A stretch of 64,000 bases of DNA, taken from positions 198,945 through 262,944 of the forward strand of contig JBAZKQ010000001.1 of the NCBI GenBank assembly GCA_041650715.1. The letters run 5' to 3'. The DNA comes from Patescibacteria group bacterium (GTDB lineage: Bacteria; Patescibacteriota; Patescibacteriia; Patescibacteriales; UBA12465). The notes beneath the pieces were generated by a model, which had not been told where the DNA came from, did not search any database, and was given only the letters and a program-made list of their open reading frames with translations. Positions 18,725-28,454 of this stretch are shown here, in pieces; position 1 is the first letter of the stretch, and every line of letters starts with the position of its first letter. A program made the translations under genes and the position numbers.

Positions 18725-20596
18725 ATGGCGCAGTCAATTCTCGATGAAAGCAAAAAGGCCAAACGAGGTATTTTTAGCTTTCTTTTTAAGAAAAAATTTA
18801 TTATCATTGCCCTAATTGTACTTGTGGCCGGGGCCGGAGCTTACTATTATTATTCTCGTAATGCCAAAACTAAGACGGCGGTGGTCGTGGCGAAAGAGTA
18901 CACGGTTAAAAAAGAAGACATAAAAATTTCCGTGAGTTCAACCGGTAAGGTTGTGGCTAAGGACGGCGTTGAATTGTCCTTTCCTGTTTCCGGTAGCCTC
19001 GAGGTAAATAATGTATATGTTAAGGAGGGGGATAAAATTAAAAAAGGTGATAAAATTGCGTCCGTAAAGACGGAAACATTAAACTTTGATTTAAGAAACG
19101 CCTACTCCAGTTATCAATCAGCACTCGCCAATTTTCAAACAAAGCAAGAACCGGCAACCGATAGCGAAATTAAAAACGCACAAACCTCTATCGATCAGGC
19201 TCAGGTTTCCCTTGACCAAGCAAAAATTAGCCTGGAGCAGACAACTTCCAGTGCTAATCAGAGCGTGGCTAATGCACAAAATAATGTTGCGACCGCCCAA
19301 AATAATTTAAAAATGAATGCTGATATTAGCGATAGCGAAATTGTCCATAATGCATATTTGAGTTTGATAAATACTCTAAAATCTTTAAATATTACTTTAG
19401 TTAAGCAATTACGCGATTCTGATAGTATAATTGGCGTTGATGACACGAATATTAATAGTAGTTTTCGGACCGGCTTGGGAGCGCTTAACGGTACCACGCT
19501 TAATGATTCGAAATTTAGTTATGTTGTCGTCAGAGATTTGCGTAATAATCTCGATTCTTTGGTTACAGGCTTAAATGATAATAGTAGTACAAGCGATATT
19601 GATTCGGCCGCTCAAAAAATGGCGGCTGTTTTAACGGCCATGCAGAGCCATTTGCATGACATGCAACGTCTTTTAGACGCGACCATAACATATGCCGATT
19701 TATCGCAATCGAAACTCGACGGCTTTAAGGCAACGATTAATGCAAACCAGTCAAGCGCCAATGCGGCGACGGGTAGTTTGAATAGCGCGACTCAGGCAGT
19801 TGATAATGCAAAAAATAGTTTGAGCCAATATCAGCTCGCCTACACTAAGGCGCAAAGTGATTTAGTTGTTGCTCAAAATCAAGCGCAACAGAATATAAAT
19901 AATTCTAATATATCTGTGAAATCGCGTGAGATTTCTTTGACTCAGGCGAAAAATACCTATGCGGATTTAATCGCGCCAGTTAAAGAATCGGATTTGGCTT
20001 CGGCTCGTTCTCAGCTTACTTCAGCGGCTATTTCTGTCGATAAGGCAAAATATAATATGGAACAGGCGACTTTAACTTCACCGATTGATGGTGTTGTTTC
20101 CGCGCTTAATTATAAGGTCGGAGATATTATTTTAGACAATAGCACTTCGAAAACAGTAGCCACTATTATCAATAACGACACGCTTTATATTGAGGTTAAC
20201 GTGGAGGAAGCGGACATTAGTAAATTGAAAGTCGGCGATCAAGCGCAGGTGACTTTTGACGCGGTTGATGGCGTTAACCTGACCGGACAAATTAGTTTCA
20301 TCTCTTTAACTTCTACGACGAGCACAAATGGGATCGTAACGTATTTGGTGCGGGTTATCCTAACTAATACGGATAAGGCTCAGATTAGAGAGGGTATGAC
20401 CGCCTCGGTCGAATTTATAACGGCCGGTGTCACCGGCGTGCTTGACGTGCCAGTCCAAGCCGTCCACAATGTCGGCGGCAAGCCATCAGTTAATATGCTT
20501 GATGGCAGCGTTCGCAATGTCACTACTGGTTTTACCGATGGCAAGAAAGTAGAAATTATGAGCGGCTTACAGGTAGGAGAGACTGTTGTCTATTAA
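18725..20596 (+). CDS. HlyD / membrane-fusion-protein family periplasmic adaptor (MacA/YknX-like) with extended coiled coil
   Basis: N-terminal TM helix. Lipoyl-like motif VKEGDKIKKGDKIASV. Long Q/N/S/A-rich coiled coil. SPIDGVVSALNYKVGD and beta-barrel C-terminus. Confidence 0.8.
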   Translation: MAQSILDESKKAKRGIFSFLFKKKFIIIALIVLVAGAGAYYYYSRNAKTKTAVVVAKEYTVKKEDIKISVSSTGKVVAKDGVELSFPVSGSLEVNNVYVKEGDKIKKGDKIASVKTETLNFDLRNAYSSYQSALANFQTKQEPATDSEIKNAQTSIDQAQVSLDQAKISLEQTTSSANQSVANAQNNVATAQNNLKMNADISDSEIVHNAYLSLINTLKSLNITLVKQLRDSDSIIGVDDTNINSSFRTGLGALNGTTLNDSKFSYVVVRDLRNNLDSLVTGLNDNSSTSDIDSAAQKMAAVLTAMQSHLHDMQRLLDATITYADLSQSKLDGFKATINANQSSANAATGSLNSATQAVDNAKNSLSQYQLAYTKAQSDLVVAQNQAQQNINNSNISVKSREISLTQAKNTYADLIAPVKESDLASARSQLTSAAISVDKAKYNMEQATLTSPIDGVVSALNYKVGDIILDNSTSKTVATIINNDTLYIEVNVEEADISKLKVGDQAQVTFDAVDGVNLTGQISFISLTSTTSTNGIVTYLVRVILTNTDKAQIREGMTASVEFITAGVTGVLDVPVQAVHNVGGKPSVNMLDGSVRNVTTGFTDGKKVEIMSGLQVGETVVY

Positions 20597-20600
20597 TGCT

Positions 20601-21308
20601 ATGAATAATTTAGCGATAAAATTAGAGAATGTTCATAAATCATATTTTCTCGGGAACGGGGAAGAGATTCCTGTTCTTAAGGGGATTGACTTGGAAATAA
20701 AAAAAGGTGAATTTGTCGCGATTATGGGAGAGTCTGGCGGCGGGAAGACAACACTTCTCAATGTGATTGGTTGTCTTCATCCTTTATCCGAGGGGAGTTA
20801 TTTTTTAGACGGAGAAGATATTGGTGGAGTGAAGGACGATTTTACTTTGGCCTTTATTCGTAATAAAAAAATGGGTTTTATTTTTCAGCAATTTAATCTT
20901 TTTTCTCGCTTTTCCGCTTTGAAAAATGTGGCCTTACCGGCTCTCTATGCCGGTATGTCCGCAGATGATAGAGAAAAAAAAGCGCGCCTGCTTCTTAAAT
21001 CTCTCGGGCTTGATGAGCGCATGCATCATAAACCAACGGAACTTTCCGGTGGGCAGCAACAGCGAGTCGCGATTTGCCGGGCTCTTATCAACGATCCGGA
21101 AATTATTTTAGCGGATGAACCGACGGGTGCTTTGGACTCAAAGTCGGGCGTCGAAGTGATGAAGATATTTACCGAATTTAAGAATCAGGGAAGAACCGTA
21201 GTGATGGTAACTCATACCACGGAGGTGGCTAAATATGCTGATCGCATAATTTATTTACGCGATGGGCAAGTGGTGGACAATAATTATAAATTGCGTGACA
21301 ATTATTAA
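20601..21308 (+). CDS. ABC transporter ATP-binding protein (MacB/LolD/YknY family)
   Basis: Walker [10 protein letters not shown], signature [15 protein letters not shown], Walker [15 protein letters not shown] at 20601 chosen, just after the upstream stop. Confidence 0.9.
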   Translation: MNNLAIKLENVHKSYFLGNGEEIPVLKGIDLEIKKGEFVAIMGESGGGKTTLLNVIGCLHPLSEGSYFLDGEDIGGVKDDFTLAFIRNKKMGFIFQQFNLFSRFSALKNVALPALYAGMSADDREKKARLLLKSLGLDERMHHKPTELSGGQQQRVAICRALINDPEIILADEPTGALDSKSGVEVMKIFTEFKNQGRTVVMVTHTTEVAKYADRIIYLRDGQVVDNNYKLRDNY

Positions 21309-21314
21309 ACCATT

Positions 21315-22511
21315 ATGATCTGGGAAATTATAAAAATGTCGTTTGAATCTTTGCTCGCCAAAAAGACGCGCACTTTTCTGTCTATGCTCGGAATTATTAT
21401 CGGCGTGGCAACCGTTATCGCCGTTTTTGCTGTGGGGAAAGGCGCACAGGAATCGGTTAATTCGCAATTTCAAAATCTGAGCGCCAATTCAATTCTGATT
21501 ATGCCGAATCGCGGTCGTGGTTTTACCAGCAGCTCGAAATTGGCAACTTCTGATGCCCAGCTATTATTAACAGCCGACCATATTTCTTCGGCCACGGGAG
21601 CTATCCAGGGTAATACCACCGTTTCTTATGGATCGACAGACAAAAGCTATACCGTCGTGGGAGCCGACCAAAATTTTATTTCTTTATCAAATTTGACGAT
21701 ACAGTCCGGGCGGGGAATTACGGAAGAGGACATAAGCAGTCGATCTAATGTGGCCGTTGTTGGCAGTACGGTAGTATCTGATTTATTTTCCGATACCAGT
21801 TCCTTGCTTGGTAGCACACTCACAGTGAGCGGCAAAAAAGTGGAAATTGTCGGTGTTTTAAAAAAATTAGGTTCGCGCGTCGGCATGATTTCAGTCGATC
21901 AGGCGGTAATTATTCCAAGCAGTACGGCCGAAAAAAGTATTTTAGGAACACGCGGGCAAGTTATGATTACAGCCACGGTGGACAGCGTTGATAATACTGG
22001 CTTGGCGACGAGTAGTATTACCGCGATTTTGCGGGAACAGCATAAGCTGACTGCCAGCCAGGAAAATGATTTTCAAATAATGGATGCTGGTAGCATGGTA
22101 GCGGCCGCGCAGGAGTCCGCGAAAACATTATCTACACTTCTGACAGCGATTGCCGCCATTACTTTGCTGGTTTCCGGTATTGGTATTATGAATGTTATGT
22201 TTGTCACCGTGGCGGAAAGGACGAAAGAGATTGGTATTGCGAAAGCAATCGGCGGCAAACAAACGGATATTCTTATGCAGTTTTTACTTGAATCAATTAT
22301 TTTATCGATGATCGGGGGTGCAATCGGAATGATAATTGGCCAAGCGGCGATTCCCATAATTTCTTATTTTAAACTCATGTCCGTTACTTCTTCTTGGACT
22401 GGCCCCATTCTCGGTTTCTCTTTTTCGGTTTTAGTCGGTGTTTTCTTTGGTTTCTATCCCGCCTTTAAGGCGAGTCGGCTTGATCCGGTTGATGCTTTAC
22501 GAAGCGAATAA
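21315..22511 (+). CDS. ABC transporter permease, MacB-like (MacB_PCD + FtsX domains)
   Basis: TM1, a roughly 230-aa periplasmic domain, then three C-terminal FtsX helices (ERTKEIGIAKAIGGK motif). Confidence 0.9.
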   Translation: MIWEIIKMSFESLLAKKTRTFLSMLGIIIGVATVIAVFAVGKGAQESVNSQFQNLSANSILIMPNRGRGFTSSSKLATSDAQLLLTADHISSATGAIQGNTTVSYGSTDKSYTVVGADQNFISLSNLTIQSGRGITEEDISSRSNVAVVGSTVVSDLFSDTSSLLGSTLTVSGKKVEIVGVLKKLGSRVGMISVDQAVIIPSSTAEKSILGTRGQVMITATVDSVDNTGLATSSITAILREQHKLTASQENDFQIMDAGSMVAAAQESAKTLSTLLTAIAAITLLVSGIGIMNVMFVTVAERTKEIGIAKAIGGKQTDILMQFLLESIILSMIGGAIGMIIGQAAIPIISYFKLMSVTSSWTGPILGFSFSVLVGVFFGFYPAFKASRLDPVDALRSE

Positions 22512-22531
22512 AAAATATATCAACATTATTT

Positions 22532-22563
22532 AAGGCCCGTGCGCAACGGGCCTTTTATTTTTT
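22532..22563 (+). terminator. rho-independent terminator
   Basis: AAGGCCCGT-GCGCA-ACGGGCCTT hairpin followed by a T-run. Confidence 0.75.
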
Positions 22564-22620
22564 AACATTTTTAATAATTTGTGGTAAGATTAAGGAAGCT
22601 TAATAATAAGCGCAAAATTT

Positions 22621-23106
22621 ATGAATGCCAAATTTAAAAATTTCTATCTTTTTATTATTTCTTTAGTCCTGCCGCTTTTGATCGGTTATTTGGGTTCGCT
22701 CGTAACGACCCCCGCTATCAGTACCTGGTATGTGACATTAGTTAAGCCCGCTTTTATCACGCCTCCGAATTGGCTCTTTGGTCCCGTTTGGACATTACTC
22801 TACATCATGATGGGCATCGCTTTATTTCTTGTTTTGAAGCAGGGAAAGGATAAGCTGCATTTTCGGGCGGCCTGGCTCAGCTTCGGGGCGCAATTATTTC
22901 TCAATCTTTATTGGTCTCTGCTTTTCTTTTATATTAAATCGCCCATGCTGGCTTTTTACGCAATCATTTCTCTCTGGTCGATGATTTTTGTTAATATTTA
23001 TTATTTTTACCAAATTAAAAAGGCGGCCGCTTATATCATGATACCTTATATTGTCTGGGTTACTTTTGCTGCCGCGTTAAATTACGGTATTTGGTACCTG
23101 AATTAA
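22621..23106 (+). CDS. tspO: TspO/MBR family tryptophan-rich sensory protein
   Basis: Five TM helices with motifs PPNWLFGPVWTLLYIMMGIA and LNLYWSLLFF. Confidence 0.85.
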   Translation: MNAKFKNFYLFIISLVLPLLIGYLGSLVTTPAISTWYVTLVKPAFITPPNWLFGPVWTLLYIMMGIALFLVLKQGKDKLHFRAAWLSFGAQLFLNLYWSLLFFYIKSPMLAFYAIISLWSMIFVNIYYFYQIKKAAAYIMIPYIVWVTFAAALNYGIWYLN

Positions 23107-23153
23107 GGAGCTTTTCTTGGTATTAAAATGAGCTAGAACGCCATAGGTTTTAC

Positions 23154-23182
23154 TTGACACTTATAGATTAATGTACTATAAT
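23154..23182 (+). promoter_or_regulatory. consensus sigma70 promoter
   Basis: TTGACA, 17-nt spacer, TATAAT (both hexamers perfect). Confidence 0.6.
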
Positions 23183-23254
23183 TAAAGTCTTAAAAGTACT
23201 TTTCATCAAACGATTTATTAACTGATTTACTAACCCACCAAAACCACGAGAATA

Positions 23255-23533
23255 ATGATCTTTAAAAAAATCATTAAGTTAATTGCCCTCAACACCTTGA
23301 TCGTCTGTAAAAAGACAGTCGGTGAAATCAACCTGCAAACCTCCTTCTCAGAAATCGGTCTGAGCAAAGAGCAAGAATCGGCGGAGAACAAAGTTACTCT
23401 CTGCCGCCACTACATTACCTTCGATATTCATGAAGAACTAAAAGTTATGATTGAAGACGAAGAATGGGATAATTTTATAACAGTCGGAGACCTATTTGAG
23501 TGCGTCAGACTCAAGTTGGACAAGGCTGCTTAA
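23255..23533 (+). CDS. hypothetical protein (92 aa), possibly acyl-carrier-protein-like fold
   Basis: ORF between a consensus promoter and a strong terminator. By-eye similarity to ACP helices (SFSEIGLS..., ITVGDLFECV). No clear DSL phosphopantetheine site. Confidence 0.5.
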   Translation: MIFKKIIKLIALNTLIVCKKTVGEINLQTSFSEIGLSKEQESAENKVTLCRHYITFDIHEELKVMIEDEEWDNFITVGDLFECVRLKLDKAA

Positions 23534-23554
23534 AATTTTTCTTTCGAATACAAT

Positions 23555-23590
23555 AAGAGTGCTCGCTTTCGCGAACACTCTTTTTTCTTT
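23555..23590. terminator. bidirectional rho-independent terminator
   Basis: 12-bp stem AAGAGTGCTCGC / GCGAACACTCTT (one mismatch), loop TTTC, T-run after. Lies between convergent genes. Confidence 0.65.
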
Positions 23591-23609
23591 ACCATGAAAT
23601 GCTTATTAA

Positions 23610-25910
23610 TTATATTTTTACCCGGCGCATTAGTAGAGTATTGAATACTATACTTAAGGAAGAAAAGGACATCGCTCCGGCGGCAATAATCGGACTGAGC
23701 AGTAGCCCGTAGGCCGGATAAAAAACGCCGGCCGCAATTGGAATGGCGATGATATTGTAGAAGAAGGCCCAAAATAAATTCTGTTTAATTTTATTCATGG
23801 TCAGGCGGGAAATTTTGAGCGCCTGGCTAATCTTATTTAGATCACCATTAAGCACGGTAATGTCGGCCGACTCAATCGCGACATCGGAACCGGTGGCCAT
23901 GGCGATGCCGATATCGGCGGCCACGAGAGCGACAGCATCGTTAATTCCGTCGCCGACCATTGCCACAATTAGTCCGCCTGTTTTCAGAGATTCAATTTTA
24001 GCGGCCTTTTCCAAAGGTGAAACTTCGGCAATCACTTCATCAATACCGGCTTGCGAAGCGATATAAGCAGCCACCTCTTGGCGATCACCAGAAAGCATAA
24101 TCGTTTTGATACCTAATTTTTTCAGAGACGCGATGGCGGCGGCGGCATCAGGTTTTATTTTATCGGCGACGGCAATTAAACCAAGAACGTGGGTTTCGTC
24201 GCTTAAAAGCATTATTGTCTTACCTTGTTTTTCTAATTTGCCAATTTCTATTTCCGGCAAATTAAACTTTTTTGCTCGCATCATTTTAACATTGCCCAGC
24301 CAATATTTCTTTAAATTAATTTCGCCACTAACGCCTTCGCCGGGTATGGCCTGAAAGGCGGTGGCCATGACGAGGTCGAGCTTGGCTATTTGCGCAGCGT
24401 GAATTAAAGCTTGAGCCAAGGGGTGCTCGGAATGATTTTCGAGGGAGGCGGCGAGCGTTATTAGTTCGTCGCGCTCGATGCCATAAGGTGTACTATCGGT
24501 CACGCTGGGCTCGCCGGCGGTAATCGTGCCGGTTTTATCAAAGACCATTATTTTTGTTTTGCCGAATTTTTCCAGGCTTGCAGCATTTTTTATGAGCAGG
24601 CCATTTTTACTGGCCAGGCCGAGACCAACCATGATGCCGGTTGGTGTTGCCAAACCAAGCGCGCAGGGGCAAGCGACGGCTAAGAGACTCACAAAACAAG
24701 TAATGCCGAGACTAACGGTTTGCGACCAACTGAGATAATGCGGCCCGATTATTAACCAGGAAGCGAGAGTAATTAGAGCCAGTCCCAAGACGATCGGCAC
24801 GAAGATACCGGCAACATAGTCAGCCATTTTTTGAATTGGGGCTTTGGAGTTTTGGGCGCTCGCCACCGCTTTAATAATTGAAGCTAAAACCGTAGTTTCA
24901 CCGACCTGGTTTATTTTTATTTTTAGTACGCCCTCTTTATTAATGGTGGCGCCAATAACTTTATCGCCCACTTTTTTATCAACCGGTAAAGATTCGCCCG
25001 TCAGCAAGGCTTCGTCTACGGCCGAAGCGCCGAAGGCAACCTCGCCGTCGGCCGGAATTTTCATGCCCGGCTTGACGATAACTAAATCGCCGATTTTTAA
25101 ATCGTTAAGAGAAATTTCTTTTTCTACTCCGTTTTCCTCAATCAGAGCGGTTTTCGTTTGGAGCGCCATTAATTTTTCTATTGTTTCGTTGGTCCGTAGC
25201 TTTGCTTTATTCTCGAGATATTTACCGAGATAAACCAAAGTAATAACGACTACCGAAACGTCGAAGAAATAGGCGTCGCTTAAGCCCAGACTAAGACGGA
25301 GGGCGGGGAAAAGATAAATGAGAGCCGAATAGAAATAAGCTGTGCCGGTACCGATACCGATTAAGGTATCCATGTTTGCCTTGCCGTAGCGGAAGAAGCG
25401 GACGGCGGCGCTTAGAAAATCACGCCCGACCCAAAATATAATAGCCGTTGAGGCGATAAACATAAAGGGCATGACAATAGAGGCGGGTAGCAATTCTTTA
25501 AGCGGCAAATCTAAGTATTGGGCGGCGATTGACCAGAGGAGAAGGATAAGCATTATCGTCGTGACGGGCAGGGCTACACGCAGCTTTTTCTTTTGGTTTA
25601 ACAATTCCTCATTTTTTTGTTTTTTAAAAACACTAAGTTGGCTTGTCGGTTCGCTTTGGGTGCCAGAACCACCGACTACTTTTTTTTTAGGCTTCTCCGA
25701 GTCGAACAGAAATTGATAACCCAGCTTTTTTAGCCTTTCATTAATATCGGCCTGATTGAGATCTTGACGCGTTACAATCTCCGCCTGTTCGGTCATGGGG
25801 TTAATATTAATTTCTTTAATATTATCGTCCTTTCGTAATTCTGATTCGATTAATTTCGCGCAGGAGGCGCAATGCATCCCGGTGACGCCGACTGTTATTT
25901 TATTTTCCAT
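23610..25910 (-). CDS. copA: copper-translocating P1B-type ATPase
   Basis: N-terminal HMA domain (GMHCASCA), TM motif CPC ([13 protein letters not shown]), DKTGTIT phosphorylation site, SEHPLA, GDGINDA. Confidence 0.95.
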   Translation of the reverse strand: MENKITVGVTGMHCASCAKLIESELRKDDNIKEININPMTEQAEIVTRQDLNQADINERLKKLGYQFLFDSEKPKKKVVGGSGTQSEPTSQLSVFKKQKNEELLNQKKKLRVALPVTTIMLILLLWSIAAQYLDLPLKELLPASIVMPFMFIASTAIIFWVGRDFLSAAVRFFRYGKANMDTLIGIGTGTAYFYSALIYLFPALRLSLGLSDAYFFDVSVVVITLVYLGKYLENKAKLRTNETIEKLMALQTKTALIEENGVEKEISLNDLKIGDLVIVKPGMKIPADGEVAFGASAVDEALLTGESLPVDKKVGDKVIGATINKEGVLKIKINQVGETTVLASIIKAVASAQNSKAPIQKMADYVAGIFVPIVLGLALITLASWLIIGPHYLSWSQTVSLGITCFVSLLAVACPCALGLATPTGIMVGLGLASKNGLLIKNAASLEKFGKTKIMVFDKTGTITAGEPSVTDSTPYGIERDELITLAASLENHSEHPLAQALIHAAQIAKLDLVMATAFQAIPGEGVSGEINLKKYWLGNVKMMRAKKFNLPEIEIGKLEKQGKTIMLLSDETHVLGLIAVADKIKPDAAAAIASLKKLGIKTIMLSGDRQEVAAYIASQAGIDEVIAEVSPLEKAAKIESLKTGGLIVAMVGDGINDAVALVAADIGIAMATGSDVAIESADITVLNGDLNKISQALKISRLTMNKIKQNLFWAFFYNIIAIPIAAGVFYPAYGLLLSPIIAAGAMSFSSLSIVFNTLLMRRVKI

Positions 25911-25914
25911 AAAT

Positions 25915-27276
25915 TTATTTTACATTAAAAGTTCCGGTATACATCCCCATTGAACAGGAGAAGGCAATCGTCCCGGCAGATGTCGGAGTGAATTCAATAA
26001 TATTTTCTCCCGGCTGTAATTGTTTTTGCAGCTTGAGCGAAGGGACAACAAGCGCGCTGGCGCAGGAATAGGGAGCCTCTGCGTTAACTACCCAACGCAC
26101 GGGCAGGCCGGCGCTAATCGTAAAGTTATTGGGAATGTAGCCGTGTCCGGTTTCGGTCATGGTAACAATTTGGACACCGTCTTTTATCTCAACCCCGGTA
26201 CTGGTGGCCGGCGCGGAAGTTGCCGGAGAACTTTTCTTAGCGGGAGCCGAGTTCTCGGTATCGGAAATTTCCGCCGAGGCACCGCTGGAAATTTGAATGA
26301 GCTTGAGGCCATTGTTGAGATTAAATAAAGCAAAGAGAATGATGACTCCGCCGGTTAGCTTAAAGAAAATATCGGTATGTTTTTTCTTAAGCAAAGAGGC
26401 AAGCCCGCCGATACTGAGCAGGCCGGGGGCAGTACCGAGGGCAAACATGGCCATGACCAAGCCGCCGCCCCAGAAGCTACCGGTGCCGAGCGCATAAATT
26501 TGCATGGCCTGAGTAAAACCGCAGGGCAAGAAAAAAGTCAGAGCGCCCAGAATCAAGCCGCTATCCGATTTCATTTTTTTACCCAGTTTTTTGGGGAGAG
26601 TAATATCAATATCATTAAGAGCAGGGAAGATATTTAGCAGCTTAAGACCCAGGAATAAAATAACCAGGCCGACCAGAGTCATTAAAATGCCGTTGAAGAA
26701 AGGGGAGAGTTTAAAAGTCGAACCGATTAAGCCCAAAACACCGCCGAGGATAAAGAAGCCGCCGATACGTCCGGCATTAAATATGAGGTGCGGTCGAAAT
26801 TTTTGGAAACGGCTCGCATCCGGGTGTTCTTGCGAATAATTGGCGGCCACGCCGAGCACTAAACCGCCCACCAGGGCTAAGCAGGTGGAAACCCCGGCGA
26901 CAAGACCGACGATAAGCGCCAAGGGGTAGGAAAATTGCTGGGCCCCCAGAAAGGAACTAAAATCAAATAAATCAGAACGGCTGATTAGCCAGTAGACGCC
27001 GATGATTCCGATGAGCAAAAGAAGAATAGTTTCGGTTCTCGGCCCGCTTTTGGCCGCCTCATCTTTGCCCTCTAATTTATAACCCAGCTCTTCTAAACTG
27101 TTCTTAATTTCCGGAAGAGATGGTTTCTCTTTATCATAATAAACTTCTGCCCGCCCGGTTTTATGGTTAACTTTGACGCTCGTCACATTCTTAATTTTTT
27201 CTAAACGATCTTCACTTAATAATTCACAGGCTTTGCAATGCAAGCCGCTAACGGCCAAATCTAATTTATTAGACAT
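25915..27276 (-). CDS. HMA domain / TauE-DsbD_2-like permease / cupredoxin-like domain fusion protein
   Basis: N-terminal HMA (GLHCKACE). About 7 TM helices including the [12 protein letters not shown] motif. C-terminal beta domain ending [14 protein letters not shown] (cupredoxin_1-like). Confidence 0.75.
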   Translation of the reverse strand: MSNKLDLAVSGLHCKACELLSEDRLEKIKNVTSVKVNHKTGRAEVYYDKEKPSLPEIKNSLEELGYKLEGKDEAAKSGPRTETILLLLIGIIGVYWLISRSDLFDFSSFLGAQQFSYPLALIVGLVAGVSTCLALVGGLVLGVAANYSQEHPDASRFQKFRPHLIFNAGRIGGFFILGGVLGLIGSTFKLSPFFNGILMTLVGLVILFLGLKLLNIFPALNDIDITLPKKLGKKMKSDSGLILGALTFFLPCGFTQAMQIYALGTGSFWGGGLVMAMFALGTAPGLLSIGGLASLLKKKHTDIFFKLTGGVIILFALFNLNNGLKLIQISSGASAEISDTENSAPAKKSSPATSAPATSTGVEIKDGVQIVTMTETGHGYIPNNFTISAGLPVRWVVNAEAPYSCASALVVPSLKLQKQLQPGENIIEFTPTSAGTIAFSCSMGMYTGTFNVK

Positions 27277-27277
27277 A

Positions 27278-27550
27278 TTATTTTCCGGCTAATTTATTAA
27301 CTTTTAAAATTTCTTCCACCATTTTCTGTTTAGTCTTCTCGTTAGTTGAAGCCATGGCACTTTTAAAGCAGGTGTTGAGGTGGTTAGCCATAAGCTGTTG
27401 GTGGGCGGATTTTAAGAGCCCGATGACGGCCAAATTCTGCTGCATGATGTTGACGCAGTATTCGCCTTCTTCGGTCATATTAATTAAATTTTCACTCAAG
27501 CTGCGCGCCTTTTTAAAAGCGATTAGGATGTGTTTTCTTTCTTTGGTCAT
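27278..27550 (-). CDS. csoR: CsoR/RcnR family metal-sensing transcriptional repressor
   Basis: 90-aa DUF156-type helical protein with Cys (YCVNIMQQ) and the H...C pair (ANHLNTC) of the CsoR Cu(I) site. Confidence 0.85.
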   Translation of the reverse strand: MTKERKHILIAFKKARSLSENLINMTEEGEYCVNIMQQNLAVIGLLKSAHQQLMANHLNTCFKSAMASTNEKTKQKMVEEILKVNKLAGK

Positions 27551-27567
27551 AGTTTTAAAATATTATT

Positions 27568-27592
27568 ATACCCATACCTGGGGTGGGGGTAT
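27568..27592. promoter_or_regulatory. putative CsoR operator
   Basis: ATACCCATACCTGGGGTGGGGGTAT: a GC-rich core flanked by the inverted ATACCC/GGGTAT, as in known CsoR operators. Lies between the -10 and the csoR start. Confidence 0.6.
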
Positions 27593-27598
27593 GAAAAA

Positions 27599-27627
27599 AT
27601 TATAGCACTCCTTAAATTTGCTCGCAA
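27599..27627 (-). promoter_or_regulatory. sigma70 promoter of the csoR-copA operon
   Basis: On the minus strand, TTGCGA, 17-nt spacer, TATAAT. The predicted transcription start abuts the operator. Confidence 0.5.
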
Positions 27628-27700
27628 GTGTCTACTGCTTGGCAATTGACCGGAGGGCTATTTTTTGCTAAAATATAAAGAGTTAATCTAAATAATTTAT

Positions 27701-28384
27701 ATGACTAATCCAATTAAATTAAGTTTTAAAACCGAGTGGTTCGCCGTTTTGCTAATAATTTTAGCTTTTATCACCGGCGTTTTTTATTATCAAAATTTTC
27801 CGGCGCAAGTGCCGACTCACTGGAATTTGCAGGGAGAAGTAAATGGTTATAGCGGCGTTTTTTCCGCCTCCTTCATGTTGCCGATAATGATGCTCGGTAT
27901 TTATCTGCTATTTTTATTGCTCCCCTATCTTGATCCGAAAAAAGAGCAGTATATTGCCTTTGCCGGCATTTATCATAAATTCAAAGATTTAATTTTGGTT
28001 TTTTTATTTATAATGTATATCATGACCGGCTTGAACGGTCTTGGTTATAAAGTCGATGTCGCTTTTTATGTGCCCATTCTTGTCGGCGTTTTATTTGCCC
28101 TAATTGGTCTTTTGTTAAAAAATGTAAAAACCAATTGGTTCATGGGAATACGCACTCCTTGGACCTTGTCTTCCGAGGCGGTCTGGGAGAAGACGCATAA
28201 GCTTGCTGGCCCCGTCTTTGTTGTGGCCGGCGTGCTCATGGCGGCTACCGCCTTTGTGTCCGCTAATTTGAAAATCGCCCTCTTCGTCCTCGCTATTGCC
28301 GTGATTGTCTTAACTCTGCCGATATATTCGTATATGCTTTATACCCAAGAGAAGAAAGAAAGGGAAAGGATAGAACACAAATAA
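27701..28384 (+). CDS. DUF1648 + SdpI/YhfL family membrane protein
   Basis: Motifs VPTHWNLQGEVNGY (DUF1648) and NWFMGIRTPWTLSSEAVWEKTHKLAG (SdpI family). Confidence 0.75.
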   Translation: MTNPIKLSFKTEWFAVLLIILAFITGVFYYQNFPAQVPTHWNLQGEVNGYSGVFSASFMLPIMMLGIYLLFLLLPYLDPKKEQYIAFAGIYHKFKDLILVFLFIMYIMTGLNGLGYKVDVAFYVPILVGVLFALIGLLLKNVKTNWFMGIRTPWTLSSEAVWEKTHKLAGPVFVVAGVLMAATAFVSANLKIALFVLAIAVIVLTLPIYSYMLYTQEKKERERIEHK

Positions 28385-28409
28385 TTATTATATAAATATC
28401 GCGAAAATT

Positions 28410-28447
28410 AAAAAGCTCCAACCTTATTGGTCGGAGCTATTTTTTTG
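28410..28447. terminator. bidirectional rho-independent terminator
   Basis: AGCTCCAACC-loop-GGTCGGAGCT stem with an A-run before and T-run after, between convergent genes. Confidence 0.6.
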
Positions 28448-28454
28448 AAAACTT

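Noticed and set aside
23797-26839. A series of plus-strand ORFs opposite copA and the HMA-permease gene.
   Set aside because: They are antisense shadows of well-supported minus-strand genes, with no start context or motifs.
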